From positions 263,522,871-263,540,921 of the forward strand of contig JANKJI020000002.1 in NCBI GenBank assembly GCA_024626585.2: a stretch of DNA of 18,051 nucleotides. Reading direction: 5' to 3'. Made by a program: the position numbers and the translations under genes. Under the pieces are notes generated by a model that searched no databases, had not been told where the DNA came from, and saw only the letters and a program-made list of their open reading frames with translations. Origin of the DNA: Ginkgo biloba. Taxonomy: Eukaryota; Plantae; Ginkgophyta. Below, piece after piece: positions 1-11,500 of the stretch. Positions within the stretch are counted from its first letter, which is position 1. The number at the start of each line of letters is the position of its first letter.

Positions 1-1140
1 TCTTTTGAAGGAAGATGGAAGAACTTATGAGCTACTCTCATCTTTGCTTCCATGGTAAACTTAAAATTACTGTGGTTCTTCACCAAGAAGAAGCCTTATT
101 GTCGACATACTTGGCCAATGGCCTACATAATAAAATATCAATTTTCACCCTCCAAATGGAAAATATCTATTAATGGGAGTTCATATTGAGAGAAATATTT
201 GACAAGTCATTTAGTACATCACCATTACTCTTGAAGGGTTTCTTCCTTTCAAGAAAATACAACGTGCCTCTCCACTTCTGTAAGGTTGACAAATGCTTCG
301 GTGCCAACATGCATTAAAAATACTAAATTTAAGGGTGCACAATCCTTCATAGATTTAATTTTTAGATACTTTTATCTTGCAATACTCTCCATCCTTGATC
401 AAAATAAAACCACATTGGTAAAATAAAAGCCCAATCTAAATGCTCGCATAGTGGGCCAAGATGATTGATTTAAAAAATATAAATCAAAGAGAATATTCTA
501 ATAATCGAATTGAAAATACCATGTTATTGTCCTCGAGTCTATAGTTAATTCTCTAATAGTTTCAACTCTACCCATTTTTCATGCAAAATGCACCATTATC
601 CAAATCCTTATGTGCTTTCTTGCAACCACCACTTGTTTTGAATTACAAGAATTAATGCAAATTGCCTCACATAATTCTCCACTCTTATAAATCATTTCCT
701 TTAGCTTTTGAAAAGAAATAAATGTCTTCCTTTTGATACATGATAAATAGGGTTTGGTAAAGAGCAATATATATCCTTTTGGATCAAAATACAAAGATGT
801 ATGCAATTCATAAGATGATTTGATACTGCCAATAGGACAAATTTGAAGATGAAGTTTAAAAACCTAAATTGCATGCAACATGAAGAAATATTTTCTCCAC
901 TAATATGGAATTCTCTTAAGAAAAAATTCTTCCAACCACCACAATAATCTTTTGTACTTCCAACATCAAAAACAAACATGTACAAAAAGATTCCCTAAAT
1001 AAAAAAATACAAAATAAACAAAAGAAAGTGGATTTTGATAAGAAAAATTCCACCAACTCCTCAACCAAAAAGTGTTAGCAACAACAACAAGTATGTCATC
1101 CTTGCTCTTCCTCCAAAAACAACCATAGAAATAAAAAAAT

Positions 1141-1151
1141 CTCTAATACCA
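1141..1151 (-). mobile_element. Primer-binding site (tRNA-iMet type) of a minus-strand LTR retrotransposon
   Basis: The minus strand reads ...AACA|TGGTATTAGAG, against the plant consensus PBS TGGTATCAGAGC. It directly abuts an LTR-type CA end at 1152. Confidence 0.65.
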
Positions 1152-1673
1152 TGTTGAAAAAAATTAAAAATAGAGAAGATGAGCTATATTTCACATTTAA
1201 AAAATAAAATCACTTATATTTTTTTTTTAATTATTAAATAAAAAACAATTCAATACAAGTTATCACAAGATGANNNNNNNNNNNNNNNNNNNNNNNNNNN
1301 NNNNNNNNNNNNNNNNNNNNNNNNNNNNNNNNNNNNNNNNNNNNNTGTGATGAATCTATGGAATGAGGAGTTGTATAGCTACAAGGTTAACACCTCACAA
1401 ATAGGAATTCATGCATGCATGCGAAAGAATAAAACTAAACATAGAAAATGAGGACACATATGTGAGAAGAAAGACACATGGCTTAAATAGTTACAAATGG
1501 ACTTCATCCCTAAATCACTAATGACAAAATACTAAGCTCATGTCTACTTATAACNNNNNNNNNNNNNNNNNNNNNNNNTCCAACCAAGTAAGTCCTATCT
1601 CAAACTTAGGAAAAAGAATTATTAGGAACAATAATCTTAATTCAAAACTTAAGAATTAAAAATTATTCCAACA
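1152..1673 (-). mobile_element. Putative LTR (TGTTG...CAACA termini, copia-like ends)
   Basis: Starts TGTTGAAAAA (1152) and ends TATTCCAACA (1673), an 8/10 terminal inverted match, next to the PBS at 1141-1151. It contains two N-runs. Bases 1-1140 would be the decayed internal region, where I recognise no domain. Confidence 0.5.
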
Positions 1674-1898
1674 CTCTTTTATCAATTATTATTTGTGCCT
1701 CTTTGAATGATGACATCATAGTTTGTCACTATCTTTTGAAATTTTATTTTTGATATCCTATGGATGTGATGAGACATGAATCCTTAGTTCATTTATTGAT
1801 AAGGGCCTTGAAATTANNNNNNNNNNNNNNNNNNNNNNNNNNNNNNNNNNNNNNNNNNNNNNNNNNNNNNNNNNNNNNNNNNNNNNNNNNNNNNNNNN

Positions 1899-1920
1899 TC
1901 TAATACCATTTGTAATAAAC
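1899..1920 (-). mobile_element. Second PBS and LTR terminus remnant (TGTAAT end, gypsy-like)
   Basis: The + strand reads TCTAATACCA-TT-TGTAAT, i.e. minus ATTACA-AA-TGGTATTAGA. This is an iMet PBS 2 nt from an LTR end. The other LTR end was not located. Confidence 0.5.
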
Positions 1921-3779
1921 CTTTAGGTTTTCATTTCTCACCTTCACCATAAATTATATAACTCTAGAAAAATAAAATAACATATGCATGAACCATACAC
2001 CATATAAATAATCCACGCCACAAAATCCCAAGAGGCAATAATATAATATTTATGATATCATAAAGGACTTGAACTTAAGTCTAAAATACCATAAAAGAGA
2101 AAATGATTCACAAATTTCAAGTCATTATTANNNNNNNNNNNNNNNNNNNNNNNNNNNNNNTCATATTATCTAAATGGACCTTAGCATAAAACCTAGCCTA
2201 CATATACTTAACACATCTTTATGGTATCCTTACATCATGGGCCACCACTTTACTCACTCGATCTGTAGAAGGTGTAATCTTCACCACTTCTTTAGAGTCT
2301 AATAAAAATGTACCTTCACTAAAATCCCTTTTAACTAGAAGAAAATAACTAATTAAGTAAAATTAGTATTGTAAATTTATAATGTCTATTGTTGAGATTA
2401 CCCTTTTTAATATTATACCCTCACTCCTAACAATAACTTATATGTTAATATTGAATTTTTAAAGGATAAAAAAATTCCTCTTATATAGAGAATAAAAAGA
2501 AATTTAAAAAATTCCAAGCTTGTGAAGCATAATCTGTTAAAAGACTATGGAAAATGTGTAAGACTGGTTGAATTAGTCTTTGTTTGTTATTATATGAGTG
2601 TAGGTAATTGTAGGTAATTATAGGTAATTTTTATATTTACAATNNNNNNNNNNNNNNNNNNNNNNNNNNNNNNNNNNNNNNNNNNNNNNNNNNNNNNNNN
2701 NNNNNNNNNNNNNNNNNNNNNNNNNNNNNNNNNNNNNNNNNNNNNNNNNNNNNNNNNNNNNNNNNNNNNNNNNNNNNNNNNNNNNNNNNNNNNNNNNNNN
2801 NNNNNNNNNNNNNNNNNNNNNNNNNNNNNNNNNNNNNNNNNNNNNNNNNNNNNNNNNNNNNNNNNNNNNNNNNNNNNNNNNNNNNNNNNNNNNNNNNNNN
2901 NNNNNNNNNNNNNNNNNNNNNNNNNNNNNNNNNNNNNNNNNNNNNNNNNNNNNNNNNNNNNNNNNNNNNNNNNNNNNNNNNNNNNNNNNNNNNNNNNNNN
3001 NNNNNNNNNNNNNNNNNTACTCATATAATATAATATTAGAACAAGTTTTATATACTTCAAATATAACTATAAATCAATTTCTCGCATACTCATTCTCAAT
3101 TATGGATATTTGAAAGGTTTTGGTTTAGAATGATCTTATATCAGGTACTAATATCTATTTAAATTTATATTCATTCCCTTGCATTTAGGCATTTTCTTAT
3201 AAACATATGAGGTAGCATTAGTGTATGCATGGATACTTCTTATTGGTAGAGTTTTTAGAGTGTTCTTCTAATTCTATAGAATATAAGCATGATTATGTTT
3301 TAAAACATAAAGAATATAAATATGTATATTGCTCAATAGATCATATATCATGTATATTTAAAATGATTTTATGGGGTAGTTATGAAGGTTTGTAACGAAG
3401 TGACATGTAATTTTATATTGAGGGAATTTTTTTTTTTTATTGCAATTTCATTTTGATATGTTTTGATGCATAGACTTAGGTTAGATATAAACACTCACAA
3501 TATGCATTTAAATTATTTAACCTATTTGAATATGTATGTGATGTTACAATCTTACATAAAGCAAGTCTAAATCAATTGAAATCTAAATCATTCACTTATG
3601 ATTGGTAACATAAACTAAGGGCTATATGACATGAGAAGTCTAATTTCTATTACACATGTTCAAATCACCAAGGATTAAAATTGTCATGGATTAAAAAGTG
3701 AAACTTTTTTTGTTTTCCAAAAATAAATATAAAGGTGATATGTGATTATAAGTCTAGTGTAAGGATTCATGTCAAAGAA

Positions 3780-6120
3780 AATATCTTTTTCAATTATCAT
3801 TATGAGTAAAGTATTAATTTAATGCTTACCTTACTATCATATGAAAGTGGATCAAAACTATTTGTACCTAATGATGTATTATAGATTATACAATACTTGG
3901 ATAAAAATAACATAAAAAGGATCTTCGGGTTGATTAGTAAAGCATTTCCTTAAAAGATTCACTATTTTTTAATTTTGTTATATATTTTAAGCTCTTTATG
4001 TCTAATAAAAGACCAACTTCATATTAAGAATATATTTTTGGATTGTATTAAGTAGGTTGAATTAGGAGGATTAGATTCTTATAACATTGACTAATGGAAA
4101 TATTTCTATGATCACCTTGAAATTGCATGAAAGGATATGATTTAGCCATAAACATAGTGCCCTAAGAATTATACTCTTACCATCTAATAAAATCATAAAT
4201 TGTATGTGTGATATATCTAGGAGGAAAATATGAATTTGAATGTAAACACATCCCCATAACTAATTAGGATAAATATAATCACATGAAAAGGCATGCATTG
4301 ACATGTAACATCATTGTTATATAACTAATCATACATAACTAAAGTATTATTTAATATTAAGAATTGGTTACAAGCATGGAAAAAGGGTACAAAGTAATCG
4401 TATATATATTATGACCATATCACCATATAATCATCTTTAAAAAATAATTTAAATAAAATAATAAGTGAAAAATATATTTTTTCTTACTTACACAATGGTA
4501 TTTGAATGAACAAAATTATTTATTTAGTATTTACATTAAGTGTGTTTATTAGGATTTTAGTTTCTTTTTTAGATGTGATTGGGATTTATGTAAATTTAAC
4601 ATTCACTATTATTATGATTATTAGAATGATAAAAGATAATTATTTTAAAATATTAGAATGTTTTTATGGCAATTATTTTCCAAGGGTTCGTAGTGTTTAT
4701 ATTTATATTTATATGGATGGGTGATTTTATACAAAAATAAACATACATCATTATCATGAAAACCTAATATCAAAATAAATTTATAAAATCATCATGAATG
4801 GAAGGAAAAATTATATTTAAAGTATAAAATTATGTAACATAAATCATTTTATATGCATCATCAATCACCCTAATAAAAGTGCAAACAATAGTAACTAAGA
4901 CGATAAGATAATGATTCTTAGATAGGTCGAGAATAATATGTGGAATCCTTAATGTCACCAAAATGTAGTATAATCTCAAGTTCAATTCTACTAATGTTTT
5001 TTTTTTTTTTTTTCTTATTTTAAGCTATTATTGAATGAAATATGTTTCTTACTCATACACCCAAGTCCACAGGACCTATTATAACCTAATTTCTTACCAA
5101 GAGAACATTTATTGGTCTACCATTAGATTGAAATAATAAAATATTTCTTCTCTGTTTTAAAATAATGGACTTCTGTAGGAAGCTTATACAATATATTTTA
5201 GAATTAACTTTTCACTTTAATCAACTCACAAAAGTAAAAAGTACCTCTATTTGGACCAAGGACCAATAAGATGATTCTGACATTTTAAATCATAAGTTGT
5301 GTACCTTTCTTGTAATTAAGTTTTTAGGTTGAAGAAGATACATCGATATATGCAATAGGTACAATTATTATACAAATGGATTAACTAGTTGCCTAATACC
5401 TACCATAAATATATTTGTATTATTATTTAAGTGGTAAAATATTAGAATCATTATATTCTCAAGAAAAAGGATATCATCCACCATCATAGTTTCTTAACTC
5501 ATTGAATAAATTATATGATGAAAATATAGTCAGTTTGAAGGAATGTATTTGACAATTTTATATTATGATCAAGTATAAAAGGAAGAGTAGAAATAGGACA
5601 CAAACTTCTTTACTAGACCTCTTCATTCATTTATTGATGTTCTAGATGTTCAATAATTTAGTCATGGAATAGAAACTTGTATATATACAACTAACTTAGA
5701 TTTTGCATCAATTATAATTTATCTTATAGATACTTAATTTAAGGAAGAGGATACTTATTGAGATTTTAATCTTAAGGATGGATTATAATATAGATTGAGC
5801 ATAATATGTTCTTCATATAGGATCCTTTAATTAAATTTAGTATAAGATACATATCATTCTAGAGTTTTAGATCCATTTGGAGTGAAGAAAAATCTATTAA
5901 ATCAAAGAGGTAATTATATTGATCCAAAATGTATTCAGTCATTGATAATCATGTGCAATCATGTACTTTATTCTATATCACAAATCCTTCTACTAAGAAG
6001 GTTGAAAACTATCAACCATTACTAGTGCTGAATAAACCTTGGAAATTTATTTTTATATATGTTTTGAGTGGATTACCTACTTATTAACATGGATGTGATT
6101 ACATCTTTTTTATTTTTTAA
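3780..6120 (+). mobile_element. Decayed Ty3/gypsy pol (protease-RT-RNase H-integrase remnants)
   Basis: Hand translation with many stops and frameshifts. ~3840 YESGSKL resembles the protease DSGS motif (weak). 4888-4904 IV-x-*DD resembles YLDD (weak). 5165-5317 MDFCRKLIQ...FNQLTKVKSTSIWTKDQ*DDSDILNHKLC resembles the RT connection region. 5331-5399 EEDTSIYAIGTIIIQMD*LVA*Y resembles RNase H ETDASxYAIGAVLMQ..VAY. ~5850 HSRVLDPFGVKK resembles the integrase His motif. 5941-6110 VQSC...YQPLLVLNKPWKFIFIYVLSGLPTY*HGCDYIF resembles PLPVPxRPWESISMDFxxGLP..GHDYLF. The RT-RH-INT order is diagnostic of Ty3/gypsy. Confidence 0.8.
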
Positions 6121-6189
6121 TTTAAAATAAATTCCATTAATTAGATTGGTTTGTAATACAAAATTGGTTTTGTTAGTATATGGAGATAT

Positions 6190-6660
6190 GACTTTGCGGT
6201 TGAAACCCTTACACTTTACATTGCTAACCATGGGTCTAAGACTTAAAAAGTGTCCATGAGCTTGAAGAGGATGCTCCTTGTATGCCAGTCATGCAGATTA
6301 CCATGACCCCCCTTATGCTGTAGCCAACCACCTAAATATAACCTTCTTCAAGTACTTTGTATTTCCCACTAGAGCTTACTCTATACACAAACATAATGGT
6401 AGTTGATCTTTTTATCCTTGCACCTAAGGTTTGTGTGCCATTAATCCTTTTATCCACGCACAAAGTTTGCCTCTTGTTCATGACTCTACTTTCTTCTTGT
6501 GCATATATGCATTACTTTTGTACCAATAGAAGTTCTTTTTTTGGGCCAAATAGATCATTTTTCTCTCCTACCCCTCTATTCCTGAACTTAGGGAGACTTG
6601 GAAATTGGGTCTTCCCATTTTGAGTCTATCAAGTAACTTGACTCAATTATTTTTTGAATC
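6190..6660 (-). mobile_element. Possible decayed gypsy gag C-terminus (zinc knuckle) fragment, opposite orientation
   Basis: Frameshifted minus-strand pieces QEESRVMNKR / GKLCAW / WHTNLRCKDKKI resemble the gag motif ELRRKKLCFxCxxxWxPGHRC. The match is weak. Confidence 0.3.
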
Positions 6661-6899
6661 TATATGCCTTGATGTCTACTTTTNNNNNNNNNNNNNNNNN
6701 NNNNNNNNNNNNNNNNNNNNNNNNNNNNNNNNNNNNNNNNNNNNNNNNNNNNNNNNNNNNNNNNNNNNNNNNNNNNNNNNNNNAAAGCTAAAGACTAACC
6801 ACTTTCAAACAAGAAGTGGAAATGATTAAGGATGATACTATTGATGAAAAATTTGGAAGAGAGTGCACAATGGGGAATATTTCTTTGAAGTTCCTATTG

Positions 6900-7304
6900 T
6901 AATAAGGCATTCATTACAAAATGGACCAATCGTGCATGTCACATCACATAAAAAATGGAATGAAAGTGAAATAGAATAAGACCATAATAAGCTAGAAAAT
7001 CAACAATCAAAGTTAGAACAAAGAATCAAGGACAAAGAAGTGCAATATTTTCATAAAAATACCCTAGTTGTTATGAAATAAGAACCAAAATTTAAGTAAG
7101 TATAATCATATATATGCATCTAGATTATCAAGAATTAAAATTTTAGGGGTACATATATGCATCTTTAAAACATTCTCTCAACTTCAATAATGGAACGAAA
7201 CCTATTAAGATATTGAGATGGAAGAAACAAAGTGAAAAAGAATGATGATAAGAGAATAGGATGCAAGCATACACAAGGGAAAAACATCTCAAGAAGGGGT
7301 GGAT
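6900..7304 (+). mobile_element. Decayed gypsy integrase C-terminus/chromodomain-like remnant followed by polypurine tract
   Basis: Weak peptide remnants: YNHIYASRLS resembles IHNVFHVSxL, and ILRWKKQSEKE resembles LIKWKNLPxEEATWE. These are followed by purine-rich AAGAAGGGGTGGA (7291-7303) and, 1 nt later, a TGTAAG LTR start at 7305. Confidence 0.45.
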
Positions 7305-7539
7305 TGTAAGAAATCCAAGCAGAGATTCCTAGATTCTAAGAGGTGGTCCTATAGATGTAGAAGCCCACATGGATAATGACAACGTTAAATAATTTTATAG
7401 AGCATTTTCTCATTAGGATCTTATGAACTCAAGAAATTCCCTTATGATCTTATAAGTAATATATTATGATTTTTTTGCTTTTAAGGTGTGTGTTTGTCAT
7501 TGTGTGGTGAATTATTCGTGTGCATGTTATTATATTACA
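7305..7539 (+). mobile_element. Putative short LTR (TGTAAG...ATTACA)
   Basis: TG start after the PPT and a TGTAA/TTACA inverted terminus. The 3' end is uncertain, with an alternative TTTTACA ending at 7559. Confidence 0.35.
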
Positions 7540-7849
7540 TGGAATTAAATCATTTTACACTTACTCTATGTAGTAAAACTCTAAATGGTCATGATAGTCT
7601 AATTTTATAATTCACACTTTTATGATGTGCAATGATACAATCCTTATGTTTATTTCTCTTTTATCAACTTTTTATATGTTACCATCAACTATAATGTTTT
7701 CTTTATTTTACCCATTATTAAGATTATTCCATGAGTTTTATTTCTTTTCCCAAGTTTAAAAACTATTTTTTTACATTTTCTTATGTTGTACTAGATTATA
7801 TGTATAGATATATATCATTAATTATGTATAAAAAATTTACAAATACAAT

Positions 7850-8510
7850 CATCCTACCATTGCCTTTACTCAATCTTGATGATGTAAAGTATCTTAGTGA
7901 TTGATAGGAAAGGATATGCCAAAATTAAAATATTCACATGTAATTTTGCATCATTTATTTGCATGGAGATTTGTGGATTTTTTATTATCCACCTATGACT
8001 TTACTAAGACCAAATCCATGGTAAATTATATGGATTTCCCATTTGTTATTCCTACCATTAAAATGGTATCCTCATTTCTAGCTTCCTATTCTTTATTNNN
8101 NNNNNNNNNNNNNNNNNNNNNNNNNNNNNNNNNNNNNNNNNNNNNNNNNNNNNNNNNNNNNNNNNNNNCCATTATATGTAGTGCTACATCATCATTTATT
8201 ATATATTATTTTTTCATGTAGTAATTAATATACACATCATCCAAAGGTTATTAAAGAGCTTAAAAAAACTACACCCAAATATTTCTCTATAGAGGTTCTT
8301 TTTATAATTGTTATCTATGAAGGTTATTGATGTTGTTGATTGTATGTAGTAATAACATTTTTAGAGACATGTAAGGATGATAATTATTGGATGTTCATTC
8401 TTTTTCATTGGTTAGTGGTAGTTATTCCATAATTGCATTGTTAGGACCAACATGTATTTCTTTTTAGTAATATATCAACTTCTCATAATTATTTTTTTCC
8501 AAATAAAATT
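7850..8510 (-). mobile_element. Possible decayed gypsy gag-protease fragment
   Basis: Minus-strand remnants occur in the expected order: LKRNTCWS.../WNNYH (knuckle-like), CSTTYN (like DSGSTHN), MVGITNGKSI (like VxVANG) and NILILAYPFL (like DVILGxPWL). All are highly degenerate. Confidence 0.3.
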
Positions 8511-11500
8511 AATGCTTGGATTGTTATGTGCTTTTAGTTACTTCTCTAGTTAGAAGTTCTTCTATGATTTATAAATGGTTTTATAACCTTCGTTATAGAT
8601 TTAGCACCCTTCATGGGGGTTAATCCTTTTAGAAATATTATTTTTATAATATATAATTAAGATTCCATGTATTCTCTTTACACTTAATGAAATTGATATG
8701 ACAAAGGATTTGCAAATACTCAACTCAATATATTTAAAATTTATGTAATATATCTTCTATTAAATAAATGTTCTATATAAGAATCTNNNNNNNNNNNNNN
8801 NNNNNNNNNNNNNNNNNNNNNNNNNNNNNNNNNNNNNNNNNNNNNNNNNNNNNNNNNNNNNNCTTAAAAGTTGAAAATCATAGCATTTAAAACACATGAA
8901 ATGCATGTTCCAATTTGACATAAAAGAACAAAAAAAATATATGTCCCACAACATATAAGTTCATATATTATAATCAAAATTCTCATATGCGGCATATTGT
9001 CAATAAACTAATAACATTAAACATTGTTTCCAAATTTAAAAATGAAAAAAAACATACTTACTAACATCTAATTAAATTTTGGATTTTTCTACATTTATTA
9101 TAATATTCTCTTTATATTGAAAAGCATATCATCAAGAAGATTTAAAATCTTATAGTCCAAAAATTATTGTTATGTATCTATTCCATTTAAAATTTAAACA
9201 AATACTAACACACATACTTGGTAAAAATAAAAGACCATAATTTTATTCTCCATGAAATCCAATTTTCATAAGGTTTCTTAAACNNNNNNNNNNNNNNNNN
9301 NNNNNNNNNNNNNNNNNNNNNNNNNNNNNNNNNNNNNNNNNNNNNNNNNNNNNNNNNNNNNNNNNNNNNNNNNNNNNNNNNNNCATAATTATAAATTTTT
9401 GAAATTTTTTAATGCATACCATTTCACGCATAAAGTATAAGAGCTTTAATATTATGTTCTTGGTTGGAAGTAGCTTAGACAAATATTTGTAAAAGACATT
9501 AGATGCATGAATTCAATGATAACCTATGTACTATGTAGAGTGAGTTACTACAAGCATAAACTCATTATTTTGACAAATGTGTTATGTGCTCTTTATTCAT
9601 CTAAAACTAATCTCCTTAAAGGGGTCCTAAGTGAGCTAGTTTAGCTTACAATTCTACTAGGTATTATAGGAGTTGGTAGATATAATAACATCTTGTTTAT
9701 AAATGATTATGGCCCATCCTTATGTATCAATGAGAATCAAACTTAAATTAATCATCATCACAAGTATAAAACTCTCTATTGGATTACAGTGTCCATCACC
9801 TACATACAATTGAATAACACAGGGCACCATATACCACATTCCCTATTATAAACATACTAAACAATATGATTTATTATCTCATGATTGATGCCTTACACTA
9901 TAAATCAAAGAATTGATTTGGTAGGGACTCACAACTATAGGATTGAAAATTAACACAAAACTATTGCAAAGATCAACGTTTGCAACAAAATGCACTACCT
10001 CCTTCGCTTCATGTTAAATCTTTACGTCACTACATGTGTAATTATACTTTGCAAATTCATTGGCTTTGGAAAAGGCCACAAAATAAATGTTTTTCATACA
10101 AATACATTTTATTCATTGCGTACATATACAATGTTAATGCTACTAATTCAACCATTTCTTTTAATTTAAATATCTATTCGTACCAATTTCACCAAGTTCC
10201 ATCATTGTCAATATAACCTTTCTAACTCTTTGTATAGTGATGTTTTGGCATTTTAATATTATGTGAAAAGTTTCCCAAATATTTGTCTAGTAAACCATTT
10301 ACAAATAACCACTTTGATAAATAGATATGTGCCTTGCATGGCTCTTATTTGATACATTGCCAGTAACTACCAAGATGCATTGCCATTATGTAAGCTTACG
10401 TTGGATATTTACCAGGATGGACAGGTCACTCCTAAATTGCACCCATCTTGACATGCAGAGTATTCCTTCAACGTGAAAGGCTGCTTGGAATGCAGATCAT
10501 CATTTGTAAACAGAAAACAATGTTTCCCTTCAAAATAAAGAAGCAATGCCCACTGTTTTACAAGGCAGAAAGTCTTTTGTTTTTCATTTGAAGGAAAAAA
10601 TATATATATGAAGGCAGCCTATATGACAGGTCAAGGGGCACAGGGTTGAGGTTTACAAATTTGTACCTTGGTCCCATCTGAATGAGTTCAAATACACTTT
10701 CAATCAAATTGTTCGTATCATATTAAGTGGAACAATTTGTGCAAAGAAGTTGATTGGTGCAGCAGCGGCATTTTGGAAGAACATCCTTAACCCGTGCATT
10801 AATTGGGAAGACAAATCCGGGAGCTTGGGGGGGGCCGAGTTTATGAACCCAACTCTTGTGGGCATAAGCACTCGTACATACGACTTTGTTTTTCATGCTT
10901 TTAACTCTTAGTTGATTCGATTTCCTGGTATGCCAGATTAAGCTAGGGTAATTTCTGGGATTCCTTATTAGGTTTGCATTGAAAATCCATTCCACTGTTT
11001 GGCATTTCATTTAATTAATGGATTTTCTGCTCAAATGTTCATTCTTTTGAGTTTATGTCCATCTTCCAAAATGTCTGAGCTTGTTTATTTCATCCGAGCT
11101 TACAGATATTGTGGATGAAAAAGTTCACCATAAGTATTTGTATATAAGGGTATTCATAAATTGGAATTGAGATCTTTATTCTTCACACAAAGAGCAACCG
11201 AGCAGTTGCCTTGAAATAATGCCAAAATCTCAAAGGTTTTCAATCTGTTGATCAGTAAATGCAACCTTGTAAAATTTTGTGCATCACAAAACTATTAATA
11301 TTTTCGCAACAGAAATTTTCTGCTTCGACATTCCTTGCTAAAACTATGATGTATCCTGCAGTGACTGCAGAAGGAAAAAATTGGGCAAAACGAAAAAACA
11401 TTGCTGCTCAATCTAAAAGGTAAGGCAGCGACCCTAATTGTCTTCAGAGTCTGAATGGCAATAAAAATGAATTTGATGTAGAAAATATCAAAATTCAGCT

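Noticed and set aside
579-985. Two overlapping minus-strand ORFs as host genes
   Set aside because: They lie just inside a PBS in decayed retroelement sequence and show no recognisable domain.
2590-3060. 156-aa ORF and other X-rich ORFs (6605, 7901, 8760, 9243, 14711)
   Set aside because: These are artefacts of N-runs.
4496-4507. TGGTATTTGAAT as a plus-strand PBS of a nested element
   Set aside because: The match is weak, and the protease-to-RT remnant spacing does not require an insertion here.
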